This document shows positions 1 to 8,500 of a stretch of 23,277 bases of DNA, piece after piece. The number at the start of each line of letters is the position of its first letter. Position 1 is the stretch's first letter. Origin of the DNA: Armatimonadota bacterium (GTDB lineage: Bacteria > Armatimonadota > Zipacnadia > Zipacnadales > UBA5352); NCBI GenBank assembly GCA_034722055.1, contig JAYENL010000240.1, positions 1 to 23,277 of the forward strand, in the 5' to 3' direction. Below the pieces are notes generated by a model. The model did not search any database, was not told the DNA's origin, and saw only the letters and a program-made list of their open reading frames with translations. The translations under genes were made by a program, and so were the position numbers.

Positions 1-159
1 CGCGACGGTACTGTCACCGACCGTGGTGGGCCGGCCTCGCGCCTTCGGCGCTCGTGCGGCCCCTCCGACGGCGCACGACCGCAGGCTGGAAGCCTCCGCC
101 ACCACCCTTCTCTGTGCAGCACCCATCCGTGCCCGCCGCCGTTGTGCCCGGGATCCCTG

Positions 160-1623
160 TCACGCGAACGGAATGTGCAGCGGTCGCCCCTGAGCCGCCA
201 GCGCCGCCTCGTGCAGGGCCTCGCTGAGCGTGGGGTGAGCGTGAATCACGTCAATGATGGCGTCCACGCTCAGCCCCTGCTCGATCGCCAGCGTCAGCTC
301 CGGCATCAGCTCGGTGGCGTAGGTGCCGCACACCGTGGCGCCCAGCAGCCTCCCGCTCTGGGGATCTGACAGCAGCTTGGCGAAGCCGTGTCGAGCCCCG
401 GTGCACACCGCCCGGCCGTTCGCGGCAAAGGGGAAGCGCCCCACGTTGACCTCGATGCCCAGCTCCTTCGCCCGGTACTCCACCAGCCCCACGGAGGCGA
501 TCTCCGGATGACAGTAGGTGGCGGTGGGCACGGCGTTGTAGTTGATGTGGCTTGCGATCCCCTGCGTCGCCTCCACGGCCGCCACGCCCTCGTGCATCGC
601 CAAGTGCGCCAGTCCGATGCCCCGGATGCAGTCGCCGATGGCGTAGATATGATCCATCGAGGTCCGCAGTTGCGTGCCCGGACACATCGCCGCATGGGGG
701 TGATCCGGATCGGAGGCCGGTGTGCTGACTCCCTCCTGGACGCAGATGCCCTGCCGCTCGATCTCCAGCCCGATCTCCTCGGCGCCGAGCTCCTCCAGGT
801 TCGCCTCCCGGCCCATAGTGAGCAGCACCACCTGGGCCTCGAGCTGCTCCTCCTCGTCATTGCGCTCGAAGATCACGCGCTTGGCGTCTCCCGCGTCCTC
901 GATGCGCCGGACCATGGCGCTGACCTCCGTCCTGCCGCCCCGGCGCTGGAAGGTGCGCATGACCACTTCGCTGGCCTCATGGTCCTCGCGCGGCAGCGGG
1001 CGGTCGAACAGCTCCATGAGGGTCACATCGGTCCCGAAGTGCAGGTAGGCGCAGGCCATCTCCGCCCCGGTGGCACCGCTGCCGATGACGATCATGGATT
1101 CGGGGATGAAGGGCACGTTCAGCGCGGTGTCGCTGGTCCATACGTTCTTGCTCCGGGCCCCCTCGATGACGTCGATGACCGGCTCCGACCCGGTGGCCAC
1201 GATGATGTGCTCGGCCTCGATGGTGCGCTGCCCGTCGCCGGTGGTCACCGTCACCTCGTGCTCACCCGCGAACCGCCCGTGCCCGCGGATAAGCTCCACG
1301 CCGGCCCTCTCCAGGAGGGTCTCCACGCCGGTGACGAGCTGCTTGACGGCGCGCTGCTTGTGCCGTCGCACGCGCTCCACGTCGATGCTGAGGTCCTCAA
1401 CCACGACCCCGAACCGCGACGCGCTCTCGCAGCTTTCGAGGATGTGCGCGGTGTGGAGCAGCGCTTTGGCGGGGATGCAGCCCCGGTTGAGGCAGGTCCC
1501 CCCCACCTCGCGCTCCTCGACCAGCGCCACCGACAGATCGAGCTGCCTGGCGCGCAGCGCAGCGACATACCCCCCCGGTCCCGCCCCGATGACCGCCAGG
1601 TCGTAGCGGTCGGTATCGCTCAT
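160..1623 (-). CDS. lpdA: Dihydrolipoamide dehydrogenase (E3)
   Basis: FAD-binding GAGPGGY, redox disulfide GGTCLNRGCIP, NAD-binding GSGATG and C-terminal HAHPTLSE. Start placed at ATG 1623 (MSDTDRYD) behind an AGAGAGGA RBS rather than at the ORF-track start 1911. Confidence 0.92.
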   Translation of the reverse strand: MSDTDRYDLAVIGAGPGGYVAALRARQLDLSVALVEEREVGGTCLNRGCIPAKALLHTAHILESCESASRFGVVVEDLSIDVERVRRHKQRAVKQLVTGVETLLERAGVELIRGHGRFAGEHEVTVTTGDGQRTIEAEHIIVATGSEPVIDVIEGARSKNVWTSDTALNVPFIPESMIVIGSGATGAEMACAYLHFGTDVTLMELFDRPLPREDHEASEVVMRTFQRRGGRTEVSAMVRRIEDAGDAKRVIFERNDEEEQLEAQVVLLTMGREANLEELGAEEIGLEIERQGICVQEGVSTPASDPDHPHAAMCPGTQLRTSMDHIYAIGDCIRGIGLAHLAMHEGVAAVEATQGIASHINYNAVPTATYCHPEIASVGLVEYRAKELGIEVNVGRFPFAANGRAVCTGARHGFAKLLSDPQSGRLLGATVCGTYATELMPELTLAIEQGLSVDAIIDVIHAHPTLSEALHEAALAAQGRPLHIPFA

Positions 1624-1714
1624 GGTGCCATCCTCTCTTCGGAGCCCGCTCCGCCCGTCACCGCAGTGCCGTTCGCCGTAAGCGGTTGCTTTTCCGCCAT
1701 TGCAGTTGCCGTTA

Positions 1715-1749
1715 GCTCGTGGCTCGTCGCTGGTAGCTGGTAGCTGACG
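1715..1749 (+). repeat. GCTNNNN heptamer tandem array, 5 units
   Basis: GCTCGTG GCTCGTC GCTGGTA GCTGGTA GCTGACG between the PHP gene stop and lpdA. Confidence 0.75.
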
Positions 1750-1750
1750 T

Positions 1751-2551
1751 TCACCCCGCCGCCGCCTCGCCCACGGGCCTGGCCGGCCGCCACAGGTGGC
1801 TGTCCCACCGCTCCTCGGGCAGTCCGGCCTGGCGCAGGATGGCGACGTGGTAGCTGAAGTCCCCGAACTCCGACCAGCGGTGCGTGTCCGTCCCCACGGC
1901 CAGCGGCACACCCATCTCCGCCGCCAGCCGCGTCATGCGCAGGTCCTCAGCGGGGTACTGCTTGTGGGAGTTTATCTCCAGGGCGAACCCGCGGTCTCTC
2001 GCCGTCGCCACGGTCCAGCAAAGCAGCTCCTCGGACAGCGGCACGTCGGCGGCCAGCAGCAGTCGCCAGGGATGCGCCAGCACCTGCATGCCATGCCCCG
2101 CCAGGGCCTGCACCTGAAAGCGGAACTCGGCCTCGATCTCCTCCGGCCGCCCCTGGTGGCGCAGCGTCGGCATGGAGTGCACCGCGCCGAGCACTACGTC
2201 CAGCGTCCCCAGCAGGCCCTCCGGGAAGACCTTCCGCCCGTCGGGCAGCACGTCCAGCTCGATGCCCACCAGCATCCGCCCCCGCTGGGCGGCGCGGGCG
2301 GCGCGGATGTAGTCGAGGACCCTCTGGCGGGCGGCCGGGCGGCCGGCCTCGAACAGCGCCTCAGCGTCGTCGGTCCAGAAGCCCCAGCGGTTGCCCGGCG
2401 GGTAGAAGATGTGCGCGGAGTGGTCAGTCACGGCGAAGGCAATATCGGTGCTGAGCGCTCGCTTGGAATATCCCTGGAGGCTGACGTCCTCGGCGCAGGA
2501 AGAGAACTCGCTGTGGGTGTGACAGTCGAAGAGCTCGGTCTCCATCCTCAT
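1751..2551 (-). CDS. PHP-domain phosphoesterase (HisPPase/YcdX-like)
   Basis: Motifs DCHTHSEFS, AVTDHS, GIELD, GAVH, LAHP, LEINS and GTDTH match the PHP metal-binding pattern. Start may be ATG 2545. Confidence 0.88.
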   Translation of the reverse strand: MRMETELFDCHTHSEFSSCAEDVSLQGYSKRALSTDIAFAVTDHSAHIFYPPGNRWGFWTDDAEALFEAGRPAARQRVLDYIRAARAAQRGRMLVGIELDVLPDGRKVFPEGLLGTLDVVLGAVHSMPTLRHQGRPEEIEAEFRFQVQALAGHGMQVLAHPWRLLLAADVPLSEELLCWTVATARDRGFALEINSHKQYPAEDLRMTRLAAEMGVPLAVGTDTHRWSEFGDFSYHVAILRQAGLPEERWDSHLWRPARPVGEAAAG

Positions 2552-2586
2552 CTCTCGTGCGCGTGCTGCCTGTTGGTGTTTGGGGC

Positions 2587-2615
2587 ATGGTACACCGACC
2601 CGCGCGCCGAATCAA
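2587..2615 (-). promoter_or_regulatory. Putative sigma70 promoter for the PHP-lpdA unit
   Basis: Minus strand reads TTGATT-17 nt-TACCAT, with the -10 box about 36 nt upstream of the start codon. It is AT-rich against a very GC-rich background. Confidence 0.6.
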
Positions 2616-2780
2616 GCACAGGAGCGCCCGGTGCGCCGTGGGCGTATAGCGAGGCCGGCTGCCACTTCGTTGCGGTGGGTGCTCTCTGCGAGGGTCGCTT
2701 CTGTGCCTGGCGCCGGAGCTTCGGCGGGCGGCGGCGGCCGGAGCCGGTTGCCCGCCTCTCCCCGCGACCACAGCCCCCCC

Positions 2781-3265
2781 GCCGCAACGGCGGGCCGGAC
2801 AGTGGTCCGGCCCCTCCATACGCCACGGCAACAACCACCGACACCGGCGTGCACGCCCCGCAGCGTGGCCACGCCGCCCCTCCATACGGCATAGAGGCGT
2901 CGCCGTCAGCCTCCAGCCTGCCGCCATCCCGGTGCCGTCAGCTTGCAGCTTGCGGCTTGTAGCTGCCAGTGCTGTCGGGCGCGGTCCCGTGCCGCGCCGG
3001 TCGTTGTCGTCCGCCGTTGCTGTTATGTCGGACGGAGCGGCGGGCTGCCTAGCCCGCCGTCGTTGCCGTCTGCCCCCGTAGGGCCCGTTGTTTCTCGTAC
3101 TCGTCTCGTGCTGCGCTACGGGTGAAACGCCTGCGAGGCCAGCCTCCGCTGGCGGGCGCTTCGCGGTGGCACACGCCCCCTCGTCCCAGAGCAACTCCAT
3201 ACGGCACGGCAACAACCGCCGACAACGGCGTCCACGCCCGGCGGCGTGGGCACGCCGCCCCTCCG
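2781..3265. repeat. Mosaic cluster of REP-like palindromes plus a 4-unit GCTNNNN array (2941-2968)
   Basis: GGGCCGGAC-agtg-GTCCGGCCC followed by CTCCATAC (2792-2821), GGCGCGGtcccgtgCCGCGCC (~2978-2998), CGGCGGGCTgcctAGCCCGCCG (3038-3059) and GGCGGCGTgggcACGCCGCC (3241-3260). Each unit recurs at 15410-15625 and/or 17994-18037. Confidence 0.85.
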
Positions 3266-3311
3266 TGCGGCAGGCGAGCGGGTAGGGGCTGACCTCCGCG
3301 GGCAGTCCGGG

Positions 3312-4379
3312 CTAGTAGATCCCGGGGCCGTCGTCCACGTAGGAGAGGGGCAACTCCACCGGCGCCCCACCCTCGCGGCTGGACTTGTAGATGGCCTTGA
3401 TGACCTCCACGGCCTTGCGCGCCTCATGGCCGGGAATGGCCGGCTCGCGGTCCTCCATGATGGCCTCGCACAGGTCCTGCACGTGAGCCACGTGGCCCGT
3501 GGCGGTGAGGGCGGTGGGGTCAGAGGCTGTGCCCTCGCCCGCGGCCTCCTCCGCCTCGCCCTCTTCCTCCTCGCCGGGGATGTCCCACATGGTGATGTTA
3601 TCGCCGGAGAGGCCGATGCTGCCGTTGTCGCCGTGGATCTCGACCTTGCAGCCGTAGCCGGGGGTCACGCTGGTGGTGCCCTCCAGCACGCCCAGGGCGC
3701 CATTCTCATACTCCAGCAGGGCCGCTGCGGTGTCCTCGACGGCGATGTTGCGCACCAGCCGGCGGCACATCGCACAGACCCTGGCGACGGGCCCCATCAG
3801 GTGGATGATCAGGTCGATGCCGTGCACCCCCTGGTTCATCAGCGCGCCGCCGCCATCCAGCTCCCAGGTGGCCCGCCAGTCGCCGCTGGCGTAGTACTCG
3901 TGGGAGCGGAAGTACTTCTGGTAGCAGTCGCCCATCACCAGCTTGCCCAGCTTGCCCGTCCGCACCGCCTCCCGCACCCTCTTGGTGCTGTCGTAGGTGC
4001 GGCGCTGGAAGACGCCCGCCAGCTTCACGTCGTTGCGCTCGGCGGCCGCGATCATGTCGTCGATCTTCTTCAGGGTCACGTCCAGCGGCTTCTCGCACAG
4101 GATGTGCTTGCCCGCCTCCGCCGCCATGATGGCCTGCTCGGAGTGCATGCCGCTGGGTGTGCACACGCTCACGGCGTGCAGGTCGTCGCGCTGAAGCATC
4201 TCCTCGACGTCGCGGTAGTAGCTGTCCCCGATCCCGGCCTCCTCGGCCAGGGCCTTCGCCTTCTCCTCCACGATGTCGCAGCAGGCAACCAGCTCGGCGG
4301 CCTCGACCTCCTCGATGGCCTTCCGGTGCGTGCCGGAGATGACCCCGCAGCCGATAATCCCAAAGCCGATCTTATCCAT
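3312..4379 (-). CDS. Gfo/Idh/MocA family NAD(P)-dependent oxidoreductase
   Basis: GIIGCGVIS Rossmann motif, HILCEKP, GGGALMNQGVHGID. RBS GGAGGG upstream of the ATG. Confidence 0.93.
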   Translation of the reverse strand: MDKIGFGIIGCGVISGTHRKAIEEVEAAELVACCDIVEEKAKALAEEAGIGDSYYRDVEEMLQRDDLHAVSVCTPSGMHSEQAIMAAEAGKHILCEKPLDVTLKKIDDMIAAAERNDVKLAGVFQRRTYDSTKRVREAVRTGKLGKLVMGDCYQKYFRSHEYYASGDWRATWELDGGGALMNQGVHGIDLIIHLMGPVARVCAMCRRLVRNIAVEDTAAALLEYENGALGVLEGTTSVTPGYGCKVEIHGDNGSIGLSGDNITMWDIPGEEEEGEAEEAAGEGTASDPTALTATGHVAHVQDLCEAIMEDREPAIPGHEARKAVEVIKAIYKSSREGGAPVELPLSYVDDGPGIY

Positions 4380-4464
4380 CGATCTGTTCCCTCCGTCCTG
4401 TTCTGTGAAGGCTGTATGTGGGTCTCTGCCGCCGGCCCATAGCCGGCGGACGTCAGCCTCGAGG

Positions 4465-5487
4465 CTACTCCGCGCCCGCCTCGAGGTTGTCGAGCGTCTC
4501 CAGTATCAGGATCAGCGCCTCCGCCGTGGCATCGGTCTGCGCCGACACCAGGTCGCTGGGGAGCTGCGGCTCCAGCCAGCTCCCGTCGGGATTCTGCCGC
4601 TCCACCAGCGCCTCCAGCACGGCCTCGGCGATGCGCCGGTAGTTGACGTTGCCGGTCACCAGAAACAGCCGGGAGGCCGCCCAGCCGAAGAAGCCACTGC
4701 GGGGGCTGGTATAGCGGTCCTCGGCGCCGGACTCGCACAGGTCCACGAACTCCTGAGCCACCTGGGTGTAGGAGCGCTCCTCGATGGCCTCGCCGATCTT
4801 GGTCAGGAAGCCCGCCACCAGTCCGGGCACGAAGTACCACTGTCCGGGCTCTGTGAGCTGCAGCACGTACTCGGCGTCGAGGCCCTCGCCGTAGACGCGC
4901 ACCGGCTCCTCGCCCCGGCGGACCATCAGATACATCCGTTCCCCCGTCTGGGGTATCTGCTCCCAGCGGCGCACCAGGAAGTCGGCGGCGGCGCGGGCCA
5001 CCCGCTCGTCGCCCATGTACAGCGCCGCCAGTCCCGCCGCGGCGGTGCCCAGGGCGTCCTCCTCGTCATCCAGCCCCGCCTCGGGGCCGTCGCGCAGGAA
5101 TCCGCCGGTGTCCGGATGCTGCAGGCTGGACAGGAAGGCCCACGCCCGGATGGAGACCCCGAACTGGCCCAGCTTCTGAGCGCCGGCGATGATCCACGCC
5201 GGGCCGTAGGCGTAGTACCGCTCCAGCGACCCCTGGCGCCCGAAGCTCGCCCCCAGGTCCCCGTCCTCGTCCATACTGTTATCCACGATCCACGTGCACA
5301 GGCGCACTCCGCGGCCGCTCTGACCGCTGAGGGCCAGGGCGTAGGGGACCTTGTGGAAGCCCGCCATCCCCTCCGCCAGGGGCTGGAAGGAGCCGTCGTC
5401 GTTCTGCTGTCGTATCAGCCACTTGACGGCCCGAATGGCCGCCTGCTTGCACGTTGATCTGTCCGTCGTCATCACTCCCGGCATCAT
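4465..5487 (-). CDS. Prenyltransferase/squalene-cyclase repeat (QW-motif) alpha/alpha-barrel protein of unknown function
   Basis: Three QW-type repeats: WLIRQQNDDGSF, FLSSLQHPDTGGF and LVERQNPDGSW. Start is uncertain (5487, 5484 or 5472). Confidence 0.7.
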   Translation of the reverse strand: MMPGVMTTDRSTCKQAAIRAVKWLIRQQNDDGSFQPLAEGMAGFHKVPYALALSGQSGRGVRLCTWIVDNSMDEDGDLGASFGRQGSLERYYAYGPAWIIAGAQKLGQFGVSIRAWAFLSSLQHPDTGGFLRDGPEAGLDDEEDALGTAAAGLAALYMGDERVARAAADFLVRRWEQIPQTGERMYLMVRRGEEPVRVYGEGLDAEYVLQLTEPGQWYFVPGLVAGFLTKIGEAIEERSYTQVAQEFVDLCESGAEDRYTSPRSGFFGWAASRLFLVTGNVNYRRIAEAVLEALVERQNPDGSWLEPQLPSDLVSAQTDATAEALILILETLDNLEAGAE

Positions 5488-5547
5488 CGCGCGCCCCCGG
5501 GCGGGAGGGCGTGCCGCGTCATCGTTGCAGGTGCCATGGCGCCGGCG

Positions 5548-8500
5548 TCAGGTCAGAACGACGCCCTCCTCCACCACCTGCTCGCCGCGGTCGGCGTACG
5601 CCACCTTCTCGCCCTGCGGCACCGTCCGCCAGATCAGGAACTGCTTGCGGATCGAGGACAGGAACAGGGAGTTCGTCTTCTTCCAGGAGGTGATATCCCC
5701 GGCCAGCCGATCCAGCCGGATCTCGATGGCGTAGATGTTCTCGTCCTCGGTGGGCAGACACGACAGCGAGAAGTCCTGGCTCACGCCCAGGTCATACGGC
5801 GCCAGCCACATGCGCAGCTTCACCGCCACCCCGTCCTCGGGCTCGTCGCCCAGCGCCTCCAGCCGCACGTTCTCAGCCAGAAACTCCCCGCCGGCGTAGC
5901 CGACGTACTCGGAGAAGAACTCCTGGAGGAAGGCCGCCACCCCGAAGGCGTCGCGACCGGTCACCGTGAAGGGCAGCCGCACCAGCAGCACGTCGCCCTC
6001 CGGCTCCGGCAGCTCCCACTTCCGGGCGATGCCCGGCGAGGCGATCTCGGAGGCCTTCTTGGAGGGGTAGACCGTGGACAGCAGCACCACGATCACCACC
6101 AGGATGGTCACGCCCACCGCCGACATGGAGGAGTAGTTGAGCTCCACGCCGGCCTGGATCTTGAAGGTGTGGATGCCGTAGGCCAGCACCTGCCCCAGCA
6201 GGTAGCCCACGATGGCGCCCAGGTTCGCGAACACCGAGGCCTCCGCCAGGAAGAGGATGGCGATGTGCGACGGCGCCAGCCCCAGGGAGCTGTAGATGCC
6301 GATCTCTCTGGTCCGCTCGTAGACCGCGCCCAGCATGGTGTTGAGCACGATCAGCGCCGCGATCAGGATGGGGATGGCCATCGTCTCCAGCCCCGCCGCC
6401 GTGGTCATGCCCACGGAGCTGAACAGGTAGCTGTCATCGCCCACCCCGGCGTAGAGGCTGAGGGCGAAGCGCTTCATCATGCGATCGACAGTCTCCGCGA
6501 CCTCCTCGGTCTCCTCGAAGCGGATGCCCACCGAGCGGAGCGTCCCGCCCAGCTCCAGAGCCGTGTCGTAGGGAATCACCGCCAGCTTCTCCAGCCCGTA
6601 GTGCTTGTAGTCCTGGAGCAGCGACTGGGCGCCGGAGGAGCCAAGCTGCGAGCGCCGCTGTGCCTGGCGCTTGAGCTCCTCGATGACCTCCGGCCGCAGC
6701 ATGGCGTAGTTCACCGGCGTCATCGGCTCTCCGTCGAGGTCCTGCATGTCGCGCATTGCGGCCTCATCGACGATGCCGACGACCGTGAAGTCGGCGCCGA
6801 ACAGCTTCACGCTGACGTCGCCCACGTCGCCGGGCCCGACCTCCAGCGTCTGCGCCAGGGACTCGGGCAGGAGGATGACGTTCTTCTCCCCGCGCTCGAT
6901 CCACCGGCCGGCCTTGAGCATCAGGTCGGCGTCCATGATCTCATCTTCCTGGGGGGAGAGCCCCAGGATGGCGTTGACCGTGTAGGTCTTCGAGAGGTCG
7001 TCCGCCAGGGAGATGTCCACCATCAGCTCCTTCTCGAGGTCGGCGCTGGTGTACCACGCCCGTGGGGAGACCACCGCCTCCTTCTCAAGCTCATTCTCGA
7101 TGATGTCCGCGGTCGGCGCCTCCAGCGACAGCCAGGAGCGATCCCGCAGCATAATGCCCTGGTAGCTGGGGTCGTGTGACAGGACGATCTTGTTGTGGCG
7201 CAGGTAGGACTTCACGGAGGTGAATGACAGCACCGTGAAGGTCAGGAGGATGAGGGTGACCGCGGTCAGGGCGGTGCGGGTCTTCCGCCGGCGCATGTTG
7301 GCGATCCCCAGCCCGAAGGCCGCGCCGGCCACCGACAGCCGTCCCACGTCGGCCTCGTGCACGCCGCCACGGGACTGCTTCATCGACTTGAGCTCCTGGT
7401 TGAACTTCATGGTCACGATGCTGATCACCAGCACCGCCAGCGCCATGACGATGAACGCCAGCAGAATGATCGGCGGGCTGGTGGTCAGGGCGAAGGCCGG
7501 ATGCACCAGCGCCAGCAGCATGAACACGATCACGAAGACCACCACCGTGCCTATGATCTGCCCGATGATGGTCCGGGCGTACACGAACAGCCGCTCCCCG
7601 AAGAACGCGAAGGGCAGCAGGATGGCCAGGTAGAACAGCACACCCTTCACTACGTCCTCAGCGGTCTTTCGCACGTCCGGGTAGGCCCGGGACTCGTACC
7701 CCCAGGCGTGGCGGGCCGTGGCCATAGCAGTGTCGTACTGCCGTTCCTCCAGCGCATCCCTGGCGGTATCCAGCGCCTCGTACGCCGTCTCGTGCAGCTC
7801 CCCCACCCGCTTGTTCGTGATCCCGTGCTTCTCCAGCCGGTTGATCCGGTACTCGTCGATCAGCCACATGTCGTTGGCGATCTGCAGCGGCGTCATGTGG
7901 ATCGCCGGCGTCTGGGCCGCCGGGAAGCCCACACCGGTGGGCTTCGCCCGCGTGGCGTTGATGCAGACCATCCGAATCCCCACCAGCCCCATGGACATCG
8001 TCACCTGGAAGTCAATATCGGGCATGGAGTAGAGGACTGCGCACGGCTCCGTGTAGGAGGGGAACTCCGCGGCCACCTTGATCTCATCGATCGAGTAGCC
8101 GTAGGAGATGGGCTCCGAGTAGTCCTCGGCGTCGTAGACGAACACCTTCTCCAGCGTCTGGAAGTAGCGCTCATCCACCAGGTCATACAGGTCGGTGGCC
8201 ACGCACCGGAAGACGATCACCGGCCGCTTCAGCCCCGCCCTGCCGTAGACGTCGCGGGGGTACTTCTTGTCCCCGTCGGTACCCCTGTCGGGAGCGTAGA
8301 TGATGTCGCCGCTGTCGGGGTCGAAGTCGTAGGCCTCGAGCTGCGCCGACCGGCTGGCCATCTCGCCCCGGATGAGGAACTCGCTGGTCTCGTTGGCCAT
8401 GGACATCGCCGTGGTGTGCACGCCCATCATGATCCGGTACTGCCCCTGGACCAGCACCAGGGCGTCGGCCACCGGGCTGTTGGGCACGAAGCTCTCTCGC

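Noticed and set aside
388..1743. Long plus-strand ORFs antisense to real genes (also 1796-2962, 3246-4442, 5536-7179, 7357-9081, 17961-19187)
   Set aside because: Shadow ORFs expected from high-GC codon bias. They carry no recognisable motifs and overlap well-supported genes on the other strand.
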